From positions 1,129,015 to 1,193,014 of the forward strand of contig MU054049.1 in NCBI GenBank assembly GCA_013239625.1: DNA of 64,000 nt, given 5' to 3'. This document shows positions 1 to 11,759 of this stretch, piece after piece. Each line of letters opens with the position of its first letter. The stretch's first letter is position 1. The translations under genes were made by a program, and so were the position numbers. The notes beneath the pieces were generated by a model. The model was given only the letters and a program-made list of their open reading frames with translations. It did no database searches and was not told the origin of the DNA. The stretch comes from Lama guanicoe. Taxonomy: Eukaryota.

Positions 1-330
1 AACAAATTTTGGATACACGAAGCAACATGGATGAATCTCAAAGGCATTGTCCTAAGCAAAAGAAGCCAAAACACAAAGCTACGCACTATGGGATTCTATT
101 TTGTGACATGTTGGAAAAGATAAACTATGGGGACAGAAAGCAGATCAGGGGTTACTAAAGTCTGGAGTAGGAGGTAAGCAGAAAGGAGTGTAAGAGAACT
201 TTTTGAATGGATGTAAATATTCTGTGTCTTGATTATGGTGATGACTGACACGACCACATGCGTTTTTCAGGACACATTAAACTATATGTTTAGGGCAAAT
301 TCTATTATACATAAACTGTACCTAAAAAAA
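1..330 (+). mobile_element. Old L1 (L1MC/ME-type) 3' end
   Basis: gcaacatggatgaatctcaaa...aagaagcca motif, ends in an A-run near 324-332. Confidence 0.8.
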
Positions 331-967
331 AAGTGGGACAGGCCTGACTAGTAATAATGAAGCTGTGTGCTTTCCTCTGTCTGTCGTTGGCGAGGAGAAA
401 GTTCTCCTGGGGTTTAGCCCTGCCGCTGGAAATTCGGTGACAGCAGGCATCACACCTCCTAAGGCTTTATGCAGGTGTAGGCTTCTCAAAGCCATTTTGG
501 CCACGTGCCTCAGAAAATTAACCTGACGGAGGTGACCTGAGTTTCCCAAGCCCAGGTGTAATTCTGCACGTCCCCCCAGAAGATCAATAAGGGGAACCCA
601 GACAATTCCAAATGATCGTCTGTGGGTTCTGGAGACTAAGGTTTGGAGTTGGGCTCTGCTCAGCAGAAACGGGTAAACTGGGACATCCCAACACTGGTCC
701 ACATTTCCTCTGGTTCAGAGTTATTTTATGAACTGGATGGGCTGGTCAGACCCATTTTGCCACTAGCTGGAGGCAGAAATTAGGTGGTCCTTCAATGGAC
801 GGTGTTTCTGCCCGCTTAGTGCGTATCCAGCCCAGGGAGGCATCACTCATTTCTCCTGTGCGGAGCTGCATCCTGAACCACATACCCACTCCTGATCGGG
901 GCAGAGGGCCCATGAGTCTGTGGGAGGCCTGCGTTTTCATGCTTTCATGCTTGGGTTTTTGTTCCAG

Positions 968-1180
968 GCTTTGGAAAGTGACTTTGTTAGTGCCAACCTC
1001 CACCACTGGATAGACCTCATTTTTGGCTACAAGCAGCAGGGGTCAGCCGCAGTGGAGGCTGTTAACACCTTCCACCCCTACTTCTACGGTGACAGAATGG
1101 ACCTCAGCAGCATCAGTGACCCCCTGATCAGGAACACCATCCTGGGGTTTGTCAGCAACTTTGGGCAGGTGCCCAAGCAG
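968..1180 (+). CDS. WDFY4: WDFY4 coding exon, C-terminal part of BEACH domain (ALESDFVSANLHHWIDLIFGYKQ...FGQVPKQ)
   Basis: ttccag acceptor ending 967, CAG|gtacgg donor; 213 nt, phase 0-0; BEACH motifs HHWIDLIFGYKQ and FGQxPKQ. Confidence 0.96.
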
Positions 1181-1439
1181 GTACGGCATGCTATGTCCTT
1201 TGTCTTGCTTTCTCAAACGAGTGTGTGCAGGGTGAGCTGGGATGGGAGAGAGAGCGAGGAGCAGAGAGGCCTGGAGAACCAAAATGGTCCACATCATCTC
1301 CCTATGCCTTCAGTATCAGGGCTTATCCCTCCATCACCGTGTGATGTTGATGGAGGTGAAGACATCGTTAATGACAGTGATGAAGGATAACATCATTATC
1401 ATTATCTGTGACATGTGTGATAGACACTATGGTAAATCC

Positions 1440-1680
1440 ACAGAATTTAATTCTTTATATATGGGTCTACCCTCTAGGGTTGTTGGAAAGATCCAATGAG
1501 TTAAGACATCAAGTGCTTGAAATATGATAAGCACCCAAGAAATGTTAATTATGCATGTGATGACCTTACTGAATTCTCTCATAAGCTCTGGGTATAGGAG
1601 TTTTTCTTCTACAGATCAGAAAACTAAGGCTCTGAGGGTCTAAATAATAACTTGCCTATAGTTGCACCACTGGCAGGCGG
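1440..1680. mobile_element. MIR fragments in both orientations
   Basis: gggttgttggaaagatccaatgagttaa and acagatcagaaaactaaggctc MIR-core-like motifs. Confidence 0.55.
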
Positions 1681-3619
1681 CAGCGGTAGAGCTCCCACCC
1701 CATCTGGCTGGCTCCAAAGCCTACACCATATTGGCACCAGCGTGAGAGCATCCAAGTCCTGCCGGTGCCCCTGGTGAAATGCAGGGGCCTTATGCCGGCC
1801 TTTTGCTCTGCTGGCTCTGTTTCCGTCCACGTAGTCACATGGCAATGTGAGACTGTCCATTCATGTCCCCGTCCTGATGACGGTATACAAGAGAGTTAGG
1901 CGCTTATCTAACTGATCCCTGCCCTGTTGATTCTCAGACTTCCGTTCGGAGTAGAGATGTTTTATCCCTGAGCACAGCCATCTGGGTGCAGTAGCGTGGC
2001 CCCACCCAGGAGGCACGCTAGGAAATGAGTGCATAGACCCAGCCAACTCCTGGACCATCCTGGGGAGTGGCTCTCTCCACGTGTAACCACGTGTAACGAG
2101 GCTTGGGTGGGCTCACCTAATAATATCTCTTCTGCCTGGTCTTACGTGACGTGCTCACGTTTGCTCAGCTTCTAGGTAGGGGAATGTGGAAGGGCCTGAG
2201 GGTGACTTGGAGAACAAACCACACATCCAAATAGGGGTTTGGCCAAGGAAGTCTTTGTAGAAAGGAGAGAATTTCAGGGAAGAAGCTTGGGTAGCAAAAT
2301 GGTTTCATTTCTTTAATTTTAAAAGAATTAATAATACAGATGAAACAGATGATTCAAAGTAGCAGCTTAAACCATCCAACTGTGTCCTGTATTATAGACT
2401 CAGTCCTTCCCCTTAAGCAAAAATATTTTCACATCGATGGGATCATGGGGTGCACACAAGGTTAGATTCTGATATTACTTAACAAAATATCATAGGAGCT
2501 TGTAAAAAATATTTCTAAAAAATCATCAGGATTAGAATTCCCCAAGCAGTCCCAGCCTGAAGACCAGACTAAAACACTTCTGGACCAGGCACCGTCCCCT
2601 CAAGGGGCCGCGCCTGCGAACGCCGCCACAGGGACCCAGCCTCGGTGCTTTCATTCTTCTGCTGTGCAAGGGAGAACATTCTTTACTTAATGCTCATTTA
2701 AAAATCATCGTTCTGATTGCTGTTTGTACCGCTCACCCGCCCAGCTTTACCAGATCTAGGGCTGTAACCGAACCAAGGCTGCTCTGAGCCTCCCGGGCTG
2801 CTGGCTGAGCCCAGCCGAGGCCAGCTCCCCACACCCGACTCCCCCATCATGGCGCCCAGCGCGTGTTTCCATCTGGGAGCAGAGGAATGTGCCCATGGCT
2901 GGAGAGAGCAGCCCGGTCAGGGAGGGGAGGGTGGAGGGCTGGGGCCGGCCCCAGCCGCGCTCTCTGGCCCAGCAGTAAGGATGCTGCCAGGCAGCCAGCC
3001 TTGCAGCTCATGCTTTGTCTGCTTGTGTGAAAAGTTTGGCATTCGGGGTGATTTGACAGTAGAGATCTAAGAAAAATGAAACTGAGAAAGGCGGCTAATG
3101 AGGCTTGTCTGTGCTCTTTGGAATACTTGAATGGATGCTCTTGAAGAATCGTGTGTTGATGCTCGGATGACGTGCCTGCAGAGAGTCTGTAAGAAGGAAA
3201 ACAATGTGAGAAATAGCTCAAGCAAACAAGGAGACACGTGGTCTAGGGAGGAAAGAGGGCCATTCTGACCCTGTGCTGTGACAGGCAGCTCTCCCGGGAA
3301 CAGGACTCCTCAACGAGCTCATCCTTTTCTTGAGCAGCTTGGAGAAGAAGACAGAGCTGGCAACCAGGAGGGCTCTCTACCAGCCCTGCACTGTGACCCC
3401 GAGAATGTAGCTGCCCCTCTGAGCCCCAGGCCCCTCACCTGCATCCTCTAAAGGCTGAACCAGATGGTTCTGTTTATACTCACCTCGCTCAGGGGCAACC
3501 CCAGCCCTGGCAGCGCCCAGAGCAGAGGTGCAGCTGCGACTTCCCCAGGGATGACAACTCCTCTGTCCTTCTGTCCCTAACAACCTGTGTGGGGTGTATC
3601 TGTCCCCTTGCCTCTCCAG

Positions 3620-3767
3620 CTCTTTACTAAACCCCACCCGGCCAGGACCGCTGCCGGGAAGCCTTCCCCTGCAAAGGATGTCTCCACGCCTGCGAGCCTG
3701 CCTGGCCACCCACTGCCCTTTTTCTACTGCCTGCAGTCACTGAGGCCCTCCCAGGTCACAGTCAAAG
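3620..3767 (+). CDS. WDFY4: WDFY4 coding exon (LFTKPHPAR...RPSQVTVK), BEACH end and linker
   Basis: ctctccag acceptor, AAG|gtgagt donor; 148 nt, phase 0-1; completes the BEACH motif QLFxKPHPxR. Confidence 0.95.
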
Positions 3768-4419
3768 GTGAGTACCTGGCCCTGCTTTGTTCAGTGTCCT
3801 GTCCCGGAGTTGTTTCTTCAGTAACTGGCATTCCTCTGGAGGTCCAGGGGCACAGACCTGGGCAGGAGGTTGGGGTCTGACTCTGCATGGCTGTGTCTCC
3901 AGTCACAGCAGAAATCTGAGGAGGCCTGTGATCTGGGAGTGTCCGGGGCCACCTCTGTTACACCCTGACTTCTGAAGACCCATCCATCTGTCTCTCTGAG
4001 ACACACACTCTTCTCTGTCTTTCATGTACATACACATACATGAACACACGTGTTCACACGCGCGCACACACACACCCCTCCTCACCTCCAAAGCCAGGTG
4101 AGGAAGCTTCCAGGTTTTGTAAAGGAGGGTGACATCTCCCATTCCTCTTCACCTGCAGTCACTGTCTCTCTTGAGCACCCGGGGTGGGGGGCTGGCGAGC
4201 ACTAGCTAAAAGCATGCGCCCCAAGGCAGACGACCTGCCTGTGAGTCTCAGCCCTGCCTCCTAGAGGAGCTGTGTGTGTGTGTGAAGTCTAAAGTCCGTG
4301 TCACCTGGGGTGTGCACTGCTTTGGGGAAGTCTCATTATGTGGAATAACTTTCTGGTCCCAAGGAGTATAAGGTCAGGTTTTTCAGGGTTTTTCCTTTTG
4401 AAGTCCAAGCACAGTGTCC

Positions 4420-5050
4420 TTGACACCCCAGCCCTGCTAGATGCGGTGCCTGGGAGGGGCAGGAAGGGCCGAGCCGCACCCTCTCCCCGACAGCATCCCC
4501 TCAGCCCTGAAGACCTGCATGGCCACACACTTCACGTGTGCGCTAGGGCGGGGAGGGACCAGAGCCAGGGGCCCCGGCTGGGGCTGGGAAATAACGCAGC
4601 CCCCGGAGGAAGGCCCCGGGCGGGAGGGCCCCTGACGAGGAGTCGCCCCTGCCCGGGCAGGCGCGTTTCCAGGGCTGCGTTGCCAGCGCGTGGCCCGGCG
4701 AAAGCGGGCGTGGCTCTTTGACGTGTAAGCTCCGCTTTACTGACTGGGGGGCAGATATGTACCTCTTCTCTCTAGGCTCGGAATCCCCCAAAGGGGCCAT
4801 CGGCCACATCGTCCCCACGGAGAAGGCCATCCTGGCCGTGGAGACAAACAAGCTGCTGCTGCCTCCTCACTGGAGCAGGACCTTCAGCTGGGGCTTCGAC
4901 GACTTCAGCTGCTGCCTGGGGAGCTACGGCTCGGACAAGGTGACTGGTGCCGGGCGCAGGGTGGCCCCGGGGGCCTCGGCCTCCTCCTGGTTGGGGCAGA
5001 GGTGTTCAGGGGACCGGCGAGCCCAAGTCAGGCCCACACCCCACTTCCTC
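4420..5050. promoter_or_regulatory. Intragenic GC/CpG-rich patch around a WDFY4 exon
   Basis: visibly dense CG dinucleotides, e.g. 4600-4735; not computed. Confidence 0.5.
4755..4939 (+). CDS. WDFY4: WDFY4 coding exon (DMYLFSLGSESPKGAIGHIV...LGSYGSDK)
   Basis: gcag acceptor ending 4754 (in-frame alternative AG ends 4775), AAG|gtgact donor; 185 nt, phase 1-0; matches recalled WDFY4 sequence. Confidence 0.9.
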
Positions 5051-5906
5051 CTCGTGGCTGGACCCCTAGCCTGGGACTGAGAGGGTTTGGGCAGCTGTGC
5101 CAAGGGCCCTCGTGGACCAAGCTTCCCCCTACGTTACCGGAAATTGAACTTGTAAGTTAGTGGTGCACACTGTCACCTCCACAGTGGTCTCAGTGGCTGG
5201 CTGGTCACGTGGCTACATGGAGCCCGCCCGGACTGTCACTCAGTGTGGGTGGGAAGTCCTGGGGGCTTCTCCAGCCCTGGTCGTGGTACAGACTCAGAGG
5301 ACACATCCTGAGCTTTCAGCTGGCCACCAGACCAAGCCATCCGATTTTTCGTCCTGCAACCCTGCGTTCGGCCATCCTGTTAATTCTACCTGCTGGCTGT
5401 GTCCCCCAACCCCTGCCTCCTTTCCTACCCTCGCTGTCTCCCACCCTATCACGTGGCATGACTTCCTGCCCACCCAGCTCCCTCGCCCTCCTAGGCTTCC
5501 CCCACTTCCTTCATGAGGCAGCCAGTGAAATGGGTCCCAGATGTCACCTCCTCCTGAAAGCTCCCCCCGGCTTCCAGAGGAGGTGACATCTGACCTCCCT
5601 GGGCTGAGTCACTGGCCTGTGTTCACTATACTCACAGGGTGTTTTTGCTGTGTCCCCACCGCCTCCTGCTGGCTTATTTCTCCCCCACTCTTTGGATGAT
5701 GTCAGCTCCTTGGGGACAGGCCTAGATGGCCTGGATTTTGTCACCAGGGCCAGGCTCTTGAACAAGTAACAGTTCCCTCAGTTCCCACAGCACACAGGCC
5801 AGCCAGTAGCAGCGTCCAGACCTGCCTGCATCCTCTGTCACCCTGTCCCAGCTCCCTGCCCTGTGCCGGCCCTGGCACGGGCGCTTATCCCACTCACGTC
5901 CTGCAG

Positions 5907-6065
5907 ATCCTGATGACGTTCGAAAACTTGGCCGTCTGGGGCCGCTGTCTGTGTGCCGTGTGCCCCTGCCCCACGATGATTGTCACCTCCGGGACCAGTG
6001 CCGTGGTGTGTGTGTGGGAGCTCAGCATGGCCAAAGGCCGCCCCACAGGCCTGCACCTCAAGCAG
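5907..6065 (+). CDS. WDFY4: WDFY4 coding exon, WD40 (ILMTFENLAVWG...VVCVWEL...LHLKQ)
   Basis: ctgcag acceptor, CAG|gtacgg donor; 159 nt, phase 0-0. Confidence 0.94.
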
Positions 6066-6137
6066 GTACGGGGCCTCGGGCAGGTGGGGTGGCTCGGGCA
6101 GGTGCAATGGCCTGGGCAGGTGGGGTGCCCTGGCATG
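6063..6137 (+). repeat. 18-nt tandem repeat, about 4 degenerate units, each containing CAGGT
   Basis: CAGGT starts at 6063, 6081, 6099 and 6117. Confidence 0.85.
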
Positions 6138-7719
6138 TTCCAACTCCCTGACCACCGAAAGCCCCGCCTCCTCCCGGAGCAGAGAACACGGTGGGGCACT
6201 GAGGGCGGCAGGCAGCTCTGCATCATTCGAGGGCACCGTTCCCATGCCCTTGGGTGGACCTGACAAGCACACAGAGCCAGTGCGTCCATGGAGACCCACA
6301 CCTCAGTGAGAGATGCTCACACATCAGGGGCAGTGAAATCGGGGTTTTGTTTGTTTGTTTTGCACTAGGGGACGTGTTTGAGCATTTGTCATGGGCACTT
6401 TTATGTAAATGGCCTCATTTTACTTCCTCAGCAGCCCTGTAAAGTAGGTCCCGTTATCGTCCCTCCTTTACTGGTGAAGAATCCAGTGCAAGGCTTTGTC
6501 CAGGCTCAGAGCCAGAAAAATGAAAGACTGTCTCAGAACAGGGGTGGCTGTGGCAGCAGCAGAGCGAGTGGAAGCCGGGGGCAGGGGACTCGCTCTGGCC
6601 CTACCTCACAAAGCACCGCCACGCAGGACAGTGAACAGAGTGGCACTGCTGCGTGCTTAAGACTGTCCCTTCCTTGTAATCTTGGAAAGCAGGCACTGTT
6701 ATTCCCGCATTCAGATGAGGAAACTGAGCCTCAGAAAGGTCAGGTTTGCATTTTTAATCTAAGTTTGTCTAGCGCTCAACTTCATGCTTTCCCCTGCGTA
6801 CACTTGAACTTGCCGGAGAATACCACTAGGGGACACGCCCAGCTCCACAATGCAGTTCGCTTTTATCTCTGGTCTTTAATTATCTGTATGGCCCCCAAAT
6901 AACAAAACAAAGAACCAAACAGACAGAAAACATTAATCACACAAGGCCCACCACTGACAGGGTCTCCTAAACTGGGCACGTCTCACTGGAACTGACTCTG
7001 GGTTTCTCTAGTTGCTTTCTCAGTCCCTCAGGTCTCCTCAGAGCCTGCCCTTGTCCTCAGTGCCACCCCTAGCTCACGTGTGGTCTCCGGCGGGCGCTCT
7101 GTAAACGTGAGGTGAGGGAATAAAAGGGTCAGTGCCCAGGTTGCTGGTTAATCCTGCAGAAGCGGTGGCACCTGCTGAGAGGTGCTGTGCCAGTCAAGGG
7201 TCAAGGGCAGGCTGTCTTCAGCGGAACTCAGAGGAAGTCCTCCCCAGCCAGCCTGGAGTTCCTGGCTTTATCACGCCTTCACATTCCTGAGCTAAGCGAA
7301 GAGGCTGTGCACTGCCATTACCGGTGTGGAGCGCCCCCCTCTCCCAGGCATCACTCCGGGGACAGGGGACCAACCCCTGTCCCCGGAGCTGCCTTGGGGC
7401 GCCAGGGAAATGATCCCCTCCCCACCACTGCTCCAAGGTCCTGTTTAGCGGTGAAGATGCACCATAAAAGCCCAGTATTGACAACATAAGACGTAATTTA
7501 TCCTCCTCTCCTAGTTCTAAATCAAGAGGAAAAGTATGTGGAATCCCACATGCTCTTACTTCCTAAGCAAAATAAAACACTTCATCAGTTACCTACAGAG
7601 GCTGACATGGCCTTGGGGAGCCCCCACACCAGCAGCTGCTCAGAGAGGGGTATCTGTCCTGTAGACAGAGAAGTTACCATTAAATAGCTTCATTAACAGG
7701 TTTTTTTTAAGTGTTTTAT

Positions 7720-8350
7720 TTCTAAAGATGTTACAACATTGAAGATGAATTTCAAATTCATTTCAAAGTTGAACAATTCTCTATAATCCCTATAAACGTT
7801 TTCAGTGTTGCATACTACCCTCCCCAGATTTTCATATTTACACCATTCTGATCATTGTGTAGATATGTTGATTCTGTTTGCATCCCACCTGTCAAGTTGT
7901 TTCTGCTTTTCTACAGTCTCTGTAATTTATATTTCAATTGTTCCATATTATTTCACCTCCATAAAATTACATTTCAGTTGTTTTATGTCAATGCACCACA
8001 GTTTAATAAACCATTTCTTCTAAAACTAGACAATTATATTGCTTCCAAGCTTTAACCATTTTAAATCGTGCTGCGGAAAACATCTCGTAAAAATTGCTGC
8101 TTGCTTTTGATTAATTGTTTCCTTAAAATACATTTCAAGAAAATTCTATGGTTTTCCAATGGCACCACAATTAATTAGGAGTACCGATTTCACCACAGTA
8201 TATCCAGAATGGGGAGTTTTTTTCCAGATTTTTTAAAAATTTATTTTTTGCTACTTTAGTTAGATGTGATACACTGAAATTATTTCAGTTGGCCATGAAG
8301 AGAGGTATTATCCTGAGAAAACAGAAGAGCCAATGGAGAACATTGAAAAT
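7720..8350 (-). mobile_element. Old degenerate L1 fragment (L1ME-like)
   Basis: T-rich; caccacagtttaataaacc...gcttccaagctttaaccattttaaat resembles reverse L1 ORF2/3'. Confidence 0.55.
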
Positions 8351-9412
8351 TACATTCCTCGTTCATTTTTTTCCCAGGCCTTTCCAGATCGGGGGTGATG
8401 TCCCCGCCTCCCGGGCTGGTGGGTGGGGGGTGTCTGTGCGTGCGGGCTGCTGCCCTCACTCTCCAGAGCCTCCCCTGTGAAAGCAGCAGCCCGGCTCTGG
8501 GAATGGACAGCACACATAGACCCTGGGCTCACAGCTTCTCCTGGAATCCCCAGTCCTTACGCTTGGGTCACCCGGCCAGCACTCTTTGGAGCTGTCCTGT
8601 CCCCTGTAATCAGAACATATCCATCAGACTTAGTTTGTTCTGGGAAGACCACCAGAACGCTCCTGCCAAATCCTCTGCTTCCCTCTGTTCATTTAAACAG
8701 TCTCCGCTTACCTAAGACCACCGCAGCCTTCTTCCGTGGGTCACACCTAGAGCCTTGCCAGCACCATCTGGTTGGTGCCATGTGCAGGCCCATGGCACAC
8801 ACATGGGAATCTGAGGCAGAACTTTTAATTGCTGTGACCAGGCCAAGTGACAGCTTTGAAAAATGATGCTCAGCCTCGTTGACCCAAATGAGTGAGTGAT
8901 GACTGTCCTGAGAGAGCAAGTTTCCCACTAGGTAAGCCAGGGCAGTCACGCTTCAGAACGCCACCTCTGCAGTGCTCGGGCTGATTCCAGAGGACACGTG
9001 TGTGCGTGACAGCTCGCAGACCAGGCTTAGCCGGCAGCTTCTGGGACGGTTGTGATGGAAACCCCGCCGTTGCCAGCAGCAGTGGGCCTGGGAGTATCAG
9101 TGTGCCTGGCAGGCCTCCCCAGGCCCTCAGGAACATGTCCCCGGGGAGCAAGGCCTCTGGCCGGATCTCGACCTATAGCCATCTATATGCCAAACCGGAC
9201 CCTGCACAGGCCAAACTGAGGACCAAAACCATGGCCCTGAGTCACCACCACACCCCCCGCCCCACTGTCCAGCCTCATGGCCAGACTGGATGTGAACCCA
9301 GATCCTTTGGACTTAAAAGAGTCACACAACTTTTTAACTATGACCTGACCTCCCTGCCTTGTTTCTAGTTTAGTTTCCAGGGGCACGTATGCTTCTGAGG
9401 CTCCCTTAATGT

Positions 9413-9580
9413 GATGCTCAAACTTGAGCGTGCGTGAAAATTCCCTGGGCGGCTTGTGAAAACCCAGGTTGTGGCCCCCAGCCCCAGAGTTTCTGACTCA
9501 GTAGGTCTGGGTGGGGCCCAAGAATTTAAATGGCTGGCAAGTTCCCAGATGATGCTTGTGCTGCTGGTTGGACAACTGCA
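9413..9580. mobile_element. MER5A-like hAT-Charlie element
   Basis: ctcaaacttgagcgtgc...cccagagtttctgactcagtaggtctggg...aagttcccagatgatgct. Confidence 0.85.
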
Positions 9581-9911
9581 CGTTGCAAATCTGTGCTGTT
9601 GCCGATTAATAGGGATTTGTGCTGCTTCATGAGGCCAGACAAACTTAGGAGAGTACAGAGCACAAGGATGCTCTCCCCAGCTGAGCCTCAACCCTAGAAA
9701 GGAATGTTGCTGAGAGGCCAGGCGTGGACCCATGACTGTGCACACACGTGGACACACACACAAACACACCACAGGCTTTGGAATGACTGAATCACCCTGA
9801 ATCTCTGTTTCCTCATCTGGAGCCCAACAGTAAAAGAGAGTGTGGAATATCTCCCCAGGGAGCTGGATTAAGGGTCCCTCTCGTAACCTGTGCTTCCGTG
9901 TCTGTCCCTAG

Positions 9912-10091
9912 GCCCTGTATGGACACACCCAGGCTGTCACATGCCTGGCAGCATCAGTCGCCTTCAACCTCCTGGTGAGTGGCTCCCAAGACTGCACCTG
10001 CACCCTGTGGGACCTGGACCACCTCACGCACGTAGCCCGCCTGCCCACCCACAGGGAGGGCGTGTCTGCCGTTGCCATCAGCGACGTCTCG
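9912..10091 (+). CDS. WDFY4: WDFY4 coding exon, WD40 (ALYGHTQAVTCLAAS...SGSQDCTCTLWDL...ISDVS)
   Basis: ccctag acceptor, TCG|gtgagg donor; 180 nt, phase 0-0; canonical GH...SGS.D...WD repeat. Not captured by the ORF track. Confidence 0.96.
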
Positions 10092-10689
10092 GTGAGGCCC
10101 CTCTTTCTCAACGTCTGTGTCCGCAGCACGTCGTGAGCCCTGCAGGGTGGGGTGGCGGACAGCGGCCACTACTCTATTTGGCCCCAAATGACAAGGACTT
10201 GAAGAGCAAGCACTCTGGACATAAACATGTCAGGAGATGCAGTGGGGAAGTTCGTCCCCAGAAATTCCCTCCGGAGGGACGTGGCCCAACTTTATGAGCC
10301 ACGTGCAGTCATTCAAAGCCCGGTTCCTTGCCCTCCGCCCAGTCATCTAAAGCTGTTTCCTGGGGACAGGGCTGGTCAGCCAGGGGCAGATCAGTATGCT
10401 GCTGGGGGGAGGAGTGTGGGAGGGGCCTGAGGGGCGAGCCTGTCGGTTTGCACTGGGATAAGTAATATCCTCACACGCGACCGCAATATGAAAAGAACCA
10501 GAAATGTAAACACGCAGCAGACCTAGGAATCAGCTGGGAAGAAGGAGGTGTCTTTTGAGGTCTCAGAGTACCTTGGTCAGTCCTCAGAAAGTGGCCGGTT
10601 GAGGGTGTACAAGTCGTTGTACAAACCGCATGTCTGAGCAGATGGCCAGTGACCCCAGCCTGAAGTGAGGCCAGCTCTCACCTCTGCAG

Positions 10690-10872
10690 GGCACCATCGT
10701 CTCCTGTGCTGGAGCCCACTTGTCCCTGTGGAACGTCAATGGACAGCCCCTGGCCAGCATTACCACGGCCTGGGGCCCAGAAGGAGCCATCACCTGCTGC
10801 TGCGTGGTGGAGGGGCCAGCGTGGGACACGAGCCATGTCATCATCACTGGGAGTCAAGACGGCATGGTGCGG
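10690..10872 (+). CDS. WDFY4: WDFY4 coding exon, WD40 (GTIVSCAGAHLSLWNVNG...ITGSQDGMVR)
   Basis: ctgcag acceptor, CGG|gtaggt donor; 183 nt, phase 0-0. Confidence 0.95.
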
Positions 10873-11176
10873 GTAGGTGTGCCTTGGGCAGAATGAGGGC
10901 AGGGTACAAGAAATGGGTTCTGTTCTGCACTTCCTCTAAGGGTCACATCTGCAGGCTGCATTTGAGACCATTCCAGACCAGGTCCCCACAGCAAGTGAGG
11001 GCAAAGGCAAAGCTCTCCCCAGGCAAAGCGTAAATAAATAAAATTGTATAATATGTAATATATAAAATTTTATACACAGGTATACAATGAAATAAACATT
11101 TACTGTCACAGAGTGTGAAAGCTGAATGAGCAAATGCGTAAGAACATAGCCCAGTACTGAAAAGAGATATTTGGGC

Positions 11177-11500
11177 CATCCATCCATCCATCCACTGATC
11201 CATTCACTCCTTCAACTGTTTATCTGTCTACCTACTTATCCATCCATCCATCGTTTCATTATTCCATCCATCTATCCTTTCATCTACCTATCCATTCATC
11301 CTTTGATCCAACTATTTATCTCTCTACCTGTTTGTCCCTCCAACCATCCATCCATCCATCCATCCACCGATCCAACTATTTATCTCTCTACCTACTCATC
11401 TGTCCATCCATTCTTCCATTCATCCATCCATCCTTTCATCCTTCTGTCCATCCGTCCATCCATCCACCTATTTGTCCCTCCAGCTATCCATCTGTCCATG
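11177..11500. repeat. Degenerate (CATC)n microsatellite
   Basis: many catc/tatc units seen directly. Confidence 0.95.
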
Positions 11501-11759
11501 TATGTGATTCATGCTGTGACTGGGATAATCAAAGAGTGCCATGGATCCTCTGAGAAGGGCCATGGAGAGAGAGACCATCCAGGCTCCAAGACAGGGAAAG
11601 AAAAACATTGAGGTGGGAGGAATAACATGGGAAGAACAAAATTCAGGTAGTTTTCTGCGACTGACAGGAAGGATGAAGGAATGAATAAGATAAGGAGTAA
11701 TAAGAGGCTTACTCAAGAAACTGTCACTTGAATTCCACAGATTCTAAAGGAAAAGTCAA

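Noticed and set aside
11171..11611. 146-aa HPSI-repeat ORF
   Set aside because: Translation of the (CATC)n microsatellite
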